Source of the DNA: Catajapyx aquilonaris
Taxonomy: Eukaryota
Direction of reading: 5' to 3'
Length of the DNA stretch: 47,853 nucleotides
NCBI GenBank assembly: GCA_000934665.2
Contig: KZ538790.1
Location: 1-47,853, forward strand
Notes under the pieces: generated by a model
Database searches by the model: none
The model's input: only the letters and a program-made list of their open reading frames with translations
Told to the model about the DNA's origin: nothing
Made by a program: the position numbers and the translations under genes
Shown here: in pieces, positions 37,516-47,853 of the stretch
How positions within the stretch are numbered: position 1 is the first letter of the stretch
Layout of the letters: the number at the start of each line of letters is the position of its first letter

Positions 37516-38260
37516 GAGTTGGGTTGATAAACACACGGAAGGTGGGAGGGTAGTAGTCGGCGGGGGCAGCGGGCTGTGTCACAAACACGGAGCACACAGG
37601 CAGGTGGGTAGGCAGGCTAGGCGCGTGGGTGGGATAGAGCAGGCAGGCAGGCAAAAAGATGGCGGGAAGAGAGGATTCAGGAACTTCAGCCGGCCACAAA
37701 ACAAACCAACCACAAAGCCAACCACAAAACAGGTATATAGTGGCCCATGAAAAGACCCCATGGCCACGTTGGATATCTGGAAATTTTTTGGGCTACGTTT
37801 TTGTGTCGGGAGACCCCACACTTTCGCTTATTCTCCCAGGCGTGTATCCGCTGAAGATAGGTCTCTATCCACAAGGAAGGAAAGTTAGGTTAGGTTGGTA
37901 CAGCATACCCCCTCCCCCCCCCCCCACCCCACCACCTTGTAGGTTTACCCTGAAGAAATGTCTAGAAGCCAGGTATTTCAGGTTTCAGTTGCGGTTGGCA
38001 AATGTACTTCAAAACCCCAGAAATCCCATCCATGCAGTCTTTTCCTGGGCCAACTATAACAGCACTGTTAGCATCACTCTTGTGATTCGAATTTGCCTCC
38101 TTCTACAGTCCCTGCAACATACATTATCGGCGGTTCGTGTGGCAGCCGTAACAAATGCGCCCTCCCAAAAAAATCAATACTTCCTGACTGCGTTTGCGAC
38201 ACAGCCCGCTGCCCCGCCAACTACTATCCTCCCGCCTTCCGCGTGGCCATAAACCCAACT
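37516..38260. mobile_element. Long-TIR non-autonomous element (MULE-like, uncertain)
   Basis: ~70-bp imperfect TIRs (AGTTGGGTT..GGAAGGTGGGAGGGTAGTAGTCGGCGGGGGCAGCGGGCTGTGTC); internal GTTAGGTTAGGTT; no TSD seen. Confidence 0.65.
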
Positions 38261-40514
38261 TCTTCTGATAAAATTATAACAGAAATTATTGGCGGTTAAT
38301 TATAATATAATTGGCGGTTAGGTGTCAGGGCCTTGTAAGGTCACAGCGGAGTTCGAAGAAAATAAGCAAAATCTATTCAAATGGTGGTAATCCACCCTCC
38401 TAAGAGAGCACTGCTCTATCACAGGGTAAAAGTTTTTTAAAAAATGATAAATATTGGAGCATATTGTTTTTCATTAATATCACTCCTACTACAAATTTTC
38501 ATCAAGAAAAAAAAAATTGCTAAAAAAAACTCCGCCATCAAAGGGTTAAAAGGATGATTAAGTTCAACCTAACACTAACAGCTAGCATTTTTACAACCTT
38601 GAAAAGATATTACAAAGTAAAAATAAGCAGCTTTGTGCAAAAATATCCCTAATCCCCATGGATATTGAAATTGGAACACATTGAATATCACTCAAACGCC
38701 TACTCCCAGGAATGATAATTACAGTAATAGAGGCTAGTGTTGCTAACAACTTTAGTGCAATTTAAGCCTGGTGCAGTGATAACAGTTCACTGCAGTTACA
38801 CCTTGTATGAGTATAATCATTCAAGGCAAAATGGTCAGTTCTATATTTCTTTTTTTGCTTGACAATTTTTCCAGTCCAACAGAAAGGAAATGCACAGTTA
38901 CATAGCATCATCAATCATGCCTGGATACATAGATGTCACTTTCATACATCCTAAAAGCATGATTCATAATGAAACCCTATATGGAAAAGTACAAAGGTAT
39001 ATATGTAGCCTACATTGAAAACCTAAAACGCTAGTTCAACACTGCACAAGCAGATCAGGGGAACAAACATTCTTCTTCTGCACACTAACCTTGGTGCGCA
39101 TTTACAATAAGCATTTGCAGAGCTACATAGTAACTGGATGGCCTCAAAGTAAAATGGAGCTTGAAACAAGTTTGTGAGTACAACTATATGATGCTTAAAC
39201 TTGTCATAAAACTCGAAAAGAGCAAATGTTACTCATTAGAATCAGTCAATCCACAGAGACCCCAAAGACAAATTAATGGTGAGTGAATGTCCAGCAAATA
39301 TTGTAGATTTACATTGCCATTGTCTTTTGAACTGAATGTCCATGTCTCATTTCTAACATTCAGAGAACTTAAATTTTAATACATATTATCTGATTCACAT
39401 AATTATTTACTGAGCATAACTTGTCGTCTGCTGTAATCAAGGTCCAATGTCAATGCATTGACAGGCATTAACAGACCGCTGGTATATCAACAATCCAAGG
39501 TTCATTGTTGGACATTTATTGAAGTTCAGTACTGGCCACTGAATATTCACTGAACATCCATGCATTTATGGGGAATACTTCACAGAGCACAAGGCCACCA
39601 GCTTAAGTACAAGTTCCCTTTAACATTGGACGAGAGTTCACCTTCTTGTAAGTTCCCGTTAGTAGCATGCTTCTGCTGCTGGGTATTCTCTCACAACCTT
39701 TCTCATGAGGTTCCATGGTTACTTCCTGATAGGTACTGCTGACTTTATCAAAGTGATGAAAAACCTACTCACTGTCCTTAATGGCCATTGAGGTCTCCTA
39801 TCATTCATAGCAATTCAGGTTTTTGGGGGTTAAAAAATGATTCCACTAAGTAAGCACCAGTAACGGCAGGCCTTTTAAATGCAGGAAGACTGGTCATTGC
39901 ATGAAATGATCCAGAGCAACTTGCTTCTGCATTTTATCTTATTCTAAAAATCTCAAATATGATCATTAATTTTGATAGAAGCTGGTCCATTGTGTTTAAT
40001 GCCATCCAACTAGACCTACCCAGGAGTGTGCTCCTCAATAAAAATACCTGGGCATTATAGTCTTTAAAAAATATCTATCACTATGTCATTAACTTGGAAC
40101 TTCCAGCAAAATCCGAAGTTCTAGCAAAATCTGAAGTGGCAGTGATACCCTTCGAGACAGAGATTGCAAATGGCATGAATTCAGCAACATAGGATTTACT
40201 TTGTGCCAGTGAGTTGGTGACGTCAGGAACGCCTCCAAAAGCATCACCCATAAGAATGGACTTGGACTTGGGCAGATGCTTGTGCATGCAAACAGCAATA
40301 ATGGAAGAGCTCTCCTGGCTAAAGTAAATGCCAAAAATGATACAACTGCCATTGCTTACAAGTGCAATTCATGATGTCCCTACACTGCACAAGCCCTCAC
40401 AGCCATAGCTAACAACAACCATACGATTATTTTTACACTAATTTTGAGACACCTGGTATATTTCTAACATTGTAATAAAATCACTGCAAAGACAAACTAC
40501 TGTGTATCTGTGAC

Positions 40515-41010
40515 ATGAAAAACAAAACAAACTCCCTCTTAGTATCCATAACAAAAACAATTATCATCACAAGTTGGGAGACTTTTAAATGTGGAATGTG
40601 CGACTCGTTCTGTCACCACAAATCAGGTAATGAAGATTCCTATTTCCTGGATCAGCCAGCACGCAATCACCCATCTTATGGAGATGAGTTCACACCTGAT
40701 TGGTTATAACTTGTTCAGTTTCCTTCACACTCCTTGGGAAAGTTCACAATTGTCCCCAAATAAAATCTACCGTTTATCAGTTAAAAGAAAACCAAAAACT
40801 GCTGCCTCTCAAGTGTCCCTAACAAAAGCTACTATCACAAGTGGTGAGACTTTTAAATATGTGTGTGGAATGTGAGAATCATTCTATCATACTAATCAGG
40901 GAGTGAAGAGACCCTTCTCCTGGGTAAGAAATCGTCTCTTCAGCTATCTTATGGAGATGAGTTCACACCTGATTGACTGCGACTTAGGTAAAGTTTTCTT
41001 TCCTCATTGG
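40515..41010. repeat. Diverged direct duplication of ~275 bp
   Basis: Shared blocks ATCACAAGT..GAGACTTTTAAAT and ATCTTATGGAGATGAGTTCACACCTGATTG at ~40566/40673 and ~40833/40946. Confidence 0.8.
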
Positions 41011-41574
41011 GATCCTAGCCTACGTTTTGCAAACCCATGTAAAAAATCATCCACATTTTAAATGAATTCTGATGTTTTTTGTTTGTTTGAAGAAATGCAT
41101 TTTAGTTTTCGAGCTACGATCGATTTCATAATATGGTATTACCCGCCCCCTGACGTCACACATGTCAGCTCGAGACATGGCTTGAACTCGATGCCAGTGC
41201 CTGCCTGCCTGCTATGTGTCACCCCGGAGTAGACCTACATAGCCTCCACCCCCACGGAGGGGATGAGACGATGGGAGGAGTCGGAATGCACCAGATGGGG
41301 GGNGGGGGGGGGGGGGGGGGGGGGGGCGCCATCTGGCAATTTGAAAGTTTTAAACCCCCAATAATTTATCGAGGAATTGCATTTTGGTGCTGAAATGTAG
41401 TGGAATGCATGTTTATATGAATGGTTGAGCTATTTCTGTACAAGTTTCCCAAATCCCAGACCAAGGCTAGGACCCCATTTGGAATGTTCATAATGTCCTC
41501 CTTAATGCCTTTATGACCTGCACTTTTTCTCCCCTGGACTGACCGTGACAAGAGTTTTTCCTCACTTGCTGGCC

Positions 41575-44500
41575 TCACAGTTCATCCATGCGGCATTTGA
41601 CTGCCACTTCCACAACTTCCAAACTAGGGTAGTCCAGTTCCTTGATCAGGCACAGAACAGCAGACAAGATGTTGGAATTCTGTATGGTAAAAATTCAAAG
41701 AGCAATTAAACTTGTGAAAATGTGAAAACAAATGAGCTTGACATAATTTCATTCCTTCATGACCAGAATATCCCTAATGTCAGCTTAGATTCAGCACCTG
41801 CATCATTCTTAATTTCAAGTAGGGAATCCTGGGAAAGGGTTCTGTTGGGGTGGGAGATAAGGTGAAATGTGACGGTTACTTCAAGCTTGCCCCCCCTTCA
41901 AAAGTGATGACAATTTGATATTATAGAAATGAAAAAACCAGGTAGATCCAGAACTAGTGAATGGCCCTTGTTATGTATTGTTGGAAACAAAATCCAAAAC
42001 AATGAATAATACAGATCATCCACTTGCTCTGGCTTTACTAATGATCAAGCAACCCGCCCTCAGTGAATTATCCTGTAATTGCATAAAATATTTTTGACAC
42101 CAAAATCTGCCTAAACGCCATCGTAATAAATCTGTGAATTGTATGCATTCAGTGTTCAAGTGCTTCTCAGGAACCTTTTTAGAATCTGCTCAAAGTAAAA
42201 AAGGACACAACTAAAGTACTCGCCTAAAAATACAATTCTGTAGTACCAAATACAATCAAAAAATAAAAATCAACATGCACTTCTTAACGTAAATGTGATG
42301 AAATGTGATGAAACCTCTTGAGTTGCTGAAAGAATCTGAAGTGGACACATAAGACAGCCTTCTGGAAAACCTACCCGAGTTTTTGGGCGGGTTGGATAAG
42401 GCTTTGTGTGGGTGCTCTTGTCAGACAAATGGGCACGAGTTGTGGTGGCATCTATTTGTTGCTGTGCTTGGTGGTAGGCTTTCTCACAATGCTGTCCTGC
42501 CACATGTCTAGGATCATCAGATTCCACCTGCAAAGAATAGATATGTATATAATACATTTCCAGGTGTTACTTAAATTCTCAAGACCGCACCTACCTGCCC
42601 CGACATTCCATCTGAGCCATGTGACTTGTAGCGACCACTCTCAGCTTCGTTGCCTAGAAGACACTCGTGGGAGCAGCGGCCAACCTCTGAGACATCTGGG
42701 TTGGGGCGATAGCTGCTGCTCACACTGGGAGACAGCACCCCACCTCCCTGCGGAATATTATCCTCTGAGCTAGAGTCCAGGCAGGCAGCCGCCCCATCTG
42801 CGGGGACGGCACAGGTCGATTCGCAACTTGCAGCTTGCTCCCCACTCCCTGGGCTCGACTAAGAGAGACAGAAATCACAACAGGGGGAAAAAAAAAGAAA
42901 GCCACAGTTAATTGGGGATTGGAGCAGGCACATGCATTGTACTACATGCCACTAATTGCACACACAAGTTGTAGGTAAGAGATGGGACACAAGCTCAAGC
43001 TACCACTCTCAGTGAGCCAGCAGAAAAATGTGGCACTGGTTCTATTGGCAAAACTACAGCACATATAAGCAATGGTAAGCATCAGCAAACAAAGCTGGAT
43101 GAAATGAGCTATTTTTGCAAAATAATGTTGGGATAGATTAAGGTATTAATATCAGTGATGTATCACTTGAATAACACATTTTTAAAAACTACTGACACTG
43201 GATAAGTCTTGGCGAGTTTGTTAAAAACCCATGCATGGAATGGCATACAATTAGTGGAAGCAGCTGTCAACTAACAAGATTGATAAGGGACACAACAAAA
43301 CATACTCCCTCCACATGCCACTTAATTGGGGAACTCTTACTGTCTCAGTCTTCCAGACAAAGCGACACGAAATGCAAATGGGTTTCAACTGAGCTCTCGA
43401 GAGCACCTGTTGTGTGCACCTCCAGAACGACACGTCACTCCAAAAGGCTCTAAGCAAACCCATTACCTGTAGTACACTTCCTCGAGATGGGTAGTCTGAG
43501 CCCTGGTATGCTGGTCCCCTAGCTGGCATGTAATGGTCCCCTGGATATTCCATTGTGGGACTACTGAACAAACTGCTAGGCTTTGCATAAACAGCAGGAC
43601 TGAAAACAAAATGATTTTTCAAACAGCAAAGCATAGGAACAAGAAAAATCCTTAACCCTATGACAGAGACCCTTTGTTAGAGAAACACGACTACTGCCAA
43701 CTCATGCTTGACTTCATAATAATGTGACCACTACCAGTTATGGTTTTTATAAGCAAATTTTTATAAGGTCCAAATGATGTCACCACTGTTGTCATTGCTA
43801 AACAAGTGACAACTAACAGTACGGTAACAAAGATGATGTCATTTGGGCCTTACATAAATTGCACTACACACCCAATACTACTACACTAACAGAGTCACAG
43901 CACACACGAAGAACCAAATGAAAACCTACTGTGAATTATACTGAGGGTGCTGATGATACCTTGTCTCTGCATCATCATGAATAACATAATTGGCATTGCG
44001 CCAGTCTGGGTCAAAGTGATCGTTCTCTTCCTCACGTATCCTCATTCTGTTTAGTTGCTCCACACTGTAGTCTGATTCGGATCTAGTCATGTGGCCTGGA
44101 CCACGAGGTGGACTCTGGAAAGAAAAATGTGTCTGCTTCTTGGTAACAAGAAGGTTTCCCTGCTACTCTTTGAAAATATATTTCCAGGTTCAAACCAACT
44201 TAAACCTACCTCTCCACTGCCCTGAGAGCCTCGTCTTTCTGGCAATGATGTCTGATGTGTCAAGTATGCATGTTCCCGCTCCCGCTCCATTTCTTCCCAC
44301 GCTTTCTTTTCTCGAGGATGTATGAGCTGTGCCCCATGCTGCTGTGCCTCCTGCTGTTCTTCTGTCTTAATAACCAAATTGTCAAGCTTTTGCAGATACG
44401 GCAAGTTTTTAATCACAGTCAGGCGATACCTAAGAATGATAAACTACTAAGTAATAAACATGTTACATGCATTTTAATAGTAGCTCACCCTTCCACTGCC

Positions 44501-44917
44501 GCACAAGGATTATCAGCCAGCCATAAGCAGCGCAGCTTGGGCAGATCACGCAGATAACAGATCTCTTCCAAATCCTTAATATTGTTCTTCCGGACATAGA
44601 GTTCCTGGAGGTTGTGGCAATACTGGAAGTCTAGTAGGCTGCTTATGTTGTTTACACTGTAAAACAGTAGCATGATAGCAACTAGCAGTGGGATTCTCTT
44701 CTCCTCGTGATCGTTACCTCAGCGACAGCACTTCCACGTTTTTAAGATGGCGCAGGACACTCACATCAGACAAGTCACTCCCCCTGAAACAAAATACATT
44801 AGACACACATGACAAGTTCTGCGAGCAATGAACTCACCAGCAATTGAGCTTCTTGATGTTTGACAAGTCCGAACCTCTTGTCCGGGCCATGACCATTTCT
44901 TCAGTAAGTTTAGCCAT
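41575..44917 (-). CDS. CFAP410: Cilia- and flagella-associated protein 410 (C21orf2; LRR protein)
   Basis: MAKLTEEMVMARTRGSDLSNIKKLNCWGSDLSDVS...VEVLSLSVNNISSL...LQELYVRKN...LWLADNPC...YRLTVIKNLPYLQKLDN, and C-terminal NSNILSAVLCLIKELDYPSLEVV. Exons 44838-44917, 44718-44783, 44489-44656, 44210-44429, ~43960-44114, 43467-43599, uncertain exon(s) in ~42595-42858, 42375-42527, 41575-41679. Confidence 0.93.
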
Positions 44918-45899
44918 CTTTACTCTCACGCTCTCGCTCTCACTCAACCTGTAAGACGCAACACTATATTCCAACCTCTTTACAACAGCAGCCAAGCCCT
45001 CACCAAAAGATGCATATTTGCCTTCCCACATGCTTCCTACTGTCAGCAGCCAAGGCAACAACGAGGCGTCAACAACAAATACGCCCAAGGTGAACCACTA
45101 CGTTCAGGGTCAGAACTTGACACTTCGCTTATAGACCACCTGAATCGGCTACTCCACAGTACGCCCTACACTCCGCGATAGGCCATTGTCAGGAAGTAAC
45201 CCTTCAAGCCGTGCTCCAAGCATACCTTTCGATATCACTCATGTAAATGACCTCCCCACATTATGTTCCTTCGGGCGTGTCAATCAGATCCCAGGAAAGG
45301 CCCAGGGTCCCCAACTCAGTGGTTGTCCGTAGCCTTTCGTTGTCATTTGAACACCACTATAGACCACTGCATGGCCGTGACTCGTGACAGGTCGGGACTA
45401 TCTGTAGTACATAACGATTCGCACGCCTGCCCAGCTCGCGACTAAACAGACGACACTCTAAGCTTCTAACAACGGCCACCAGGAGCACTTTTGGCGCCTC
45501 TTTCAAATTCAGGTATACCAAAAGCAGAACTGATAATATTTCACTCCAGAGCGGATTTGCACATCTGATAGAGGTGGCCCAAAATTTTGGTGTCACATTA
45601 CGGCTCATCACTGACCCCCTGCACAGTTACCATATTCAGTGAACTTGGAATTGAACTTCTAGTTCTACTTATTCATTCAGCCCAGTTTACATAGTGAAAA
45701 GTGAGGTCAGTTGTGATCAAATTCTGTCAAAAGCCTAACAGGATTTATTATCTCCAAAAGTGTTTGACATGTGACCTTTATATCGCAAAAGTGTACTTCT
45801 TTACTGCTAAAATTAATCACTTTTATGTCAAGGAGACGACTTCCTACTCCTTACAAAAATGTCGTGATGATGATGATGACTGATTAGGCAAGATACAGT

Positions 45900-46353
45900 C
45901 AGAGGCGTAGGAAGGGGGGCGCGTTGGGTGCGGGCCACCCCAGATGTCATCACGGAGGGGGGTGACTAAATGGCAAAAAAAAAAAATTTTAATAAATATA
46001 TTTTTGGGGGGCTCATGACACTTTTTTTTCCTCGAAAAAATAATATTATTTAAAACGAGTGTACGTAATAACTTAGCTACGCACACCTCCCTCCCGCCCG
46101 CTCCGCCGCCACTTATTTATTCATCTGTGTTTTGGACACACCATTTTTTACCCCCTCTGTCCAGAGGTGCGCCTTGCTCGCCACCTGCCACCTGGGGGTG
46201 CCTTTATAGGAGGATTCCACTGTACTCTGTCAGTTACATTCACCTAAGCTTGGTGACCTTGAACCACTTAGCACTCTCCTCATTCCTGGGGGGGGGGGGG
46301 GGTCTCTCTCTTCCCCGTCACCCTGGGTGCCAAATCCTCTTGGTACGCCACTG
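45900..46353. mobile_element. hAT-type MITE
   Basis: CAGAGGCGTA / TACGCCACTG termini; 8-bp flanks GATACAGT and GCTACAGT. Confidence 0.75.
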
Positions 46354-47125
46354 GCTACAGTGACTGATTATCCCCACGGTGACATGAGCAACAATTGTCA
46401 CCCTTTCCACCGATTGCCAAACCTCCATTTCATTACCAGATCTACCATAATTAATTATTTCAAAGTCAATTATTCAACTTACCCCAAGTGCTCTAATGTC
46501 TTTATCATCATCATCATCATCACATTTCCCTATGAGGGGTAGTCAGCGATGACGGGAGCCACAAGCTCACCCAAAATATTAACTAAATTAAAACTTGTAA
46601 AAATAAAACTATGCACAACCCATCCCGCCCCCCACCCCTGCCCATCTCAAACGACAAACACTCAATATTAAATTTAAATATTACACATTTACACTATAGG
46701 CTACAACGCGGTACTTGAGAAATCAAGTCCCCCCCCCCCCCNCCCCCCTCCCGAAAGAGGAATCAGCAACTGTTAAACTCCTCCAAGTGACTAGAATATT
46801 CTCCTCCAAACGACCAGAACATCCACAGGCCAGCGAGAAGAACCAGCGTACGGAAATCCACGCCCAAACACCAAGTACTGTGCAGGACAGAGAGAGCAGA
46901 GGCAGACACCCTTGCAAGCATGACTACCTGTGTCTATCTATGCATTACTATGCAAGAGATATCTGCCAACCTTGTAGTTCTGCAGAGCACCCAGAGCCCA
47001 AGTATGAACTTCCAGATGTTGACTCCTCCCACCAACCTGCAAACATTCTAGCCATTCGGAAGAATTCAATGGACACTGCCATTCCTGACAAACCCGTTAA
47101 TATTCTACCCATTATTTAACCTACG

Positions 47126-47437
47126 TCATTTACACCTATCCAAACAAACAACCTTAGCCTCATCCCCGTCCATGGTCCTATTGACACATGAACGTCTCGG
47201 CTTAACACTAGCAACACCCTTAAGACACTGACCCACCTGGTCCAACCATGTCTTCCTAGGCCTACCCTTGCCCCTCTTACCAACTACTCCACCCAAATAA
47301 ACCTTCTTCACAATCTCCTCCTCCTTCATCCTCTCCACATGGCCAAACCACCTTAAAGTAGACCTACACACCTTAGCTTTAGCAGTCTCCTTAACATTAC
47401 ACCTCTCCAAAATCTCCTCATTCCTAATCCTATCCAA
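47126..47437 (-). mobile_element. 5'-truncated RTE-clade LINE fragment (post-RT C-terminus)
   Basis: DRIRNEEI...LRWFGHVERM...GKRGKGRPRKTWLD...EAKVVCLDR. A (GAT)n tract at ~46504-46521 may be its tail. Confidence 0.88.
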
Positions 47438-47853
47438 CTTACAAGGGAACGGTCAGGGTCGAGAACCTCCGATTTGGTTGAAACTGGCTTGAGGGGTCAT
47501 TCATGTGCGATAGACAGAGTGGTGAAAGTGTTAGCTCGCACCTTCCAGCCGTTTCCGAGATATGAGCGACAGTAACATCCGAATTTTGGCCGCCCGCATT
47601 TGCCGGGAGCCGCTCTGCCAGCACCAAATCCCTTCTACCTTGATTCCCCCCGCCCCCTTTACTCACTTTTCGATCCCACACCACCATCCCCCACACCCCC
47701 ACCAACATTTTCGTTTTCCATAGTTTCTTTGCTCCGGTATTTATTATGAGTTTTCCCATTACCCACCCAATTTTAGGTATAGAAGCTCTTTCTTCGCAGT
47801 TGACAGAAGCGAAAGAAAGCAGCTTGATGGTCTCATAATAAATACCGGAGCAA

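Noticed and set aside
37659..38252. 197-aa ORF
   Set aside because: Lies within a TIR-bounded non-autonomous element and has no recognisable domain.
38300..40500. Search for hidden genes downstream of CFAP410
   Set aside because: Only short ORFs without motifs or a consistent exon chain; treated as intergenic or UTR.

Overview
Eukaryotic, intron-containing, transposon-rich DNA from a draft assembly with N-gaps. It is most likely from an arthropod, probably an insect, judging by protein styles and SINE types; the species cannot be determined here. Genes from left to right: (1) a frameshifted, intron-retaining SETDB1/eggless H3K9 methyltransferase pseudogene (minus strand, 258-6863); (2) a divergently oriented 5-finger C2H2 zinc-finger gene (12884-13924) with a decayed finger array further on (about 17406-17840); (3) an orphan two-exon gene of eight 39-aa tandem repeats plus an acidic tail (19288-21991); (4) an 8-exon secreted thyroglobulin type-1 repeat protein (25425-28723); (5) a compact RCHY1/Pirh2-like gene lacking the C-terminal zinc ribbon (31156-31936); (6) CFAP410/C21orf2 (minus strand, 41575-44917). 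Between them are many non-autonomous DNA transposons, several of them nested, three tRNA-derived SINE families (one with a V-domain-like core), an RTE LINE 3' fragment and microsatellites. All calls come from manual reading and motif recognition; no database search was run. I see no clearly new system. The best leads are the orphan repeat gene, the head-to-head SETDB1 pseudogene/ZNF pair and the truncated Pirh2.
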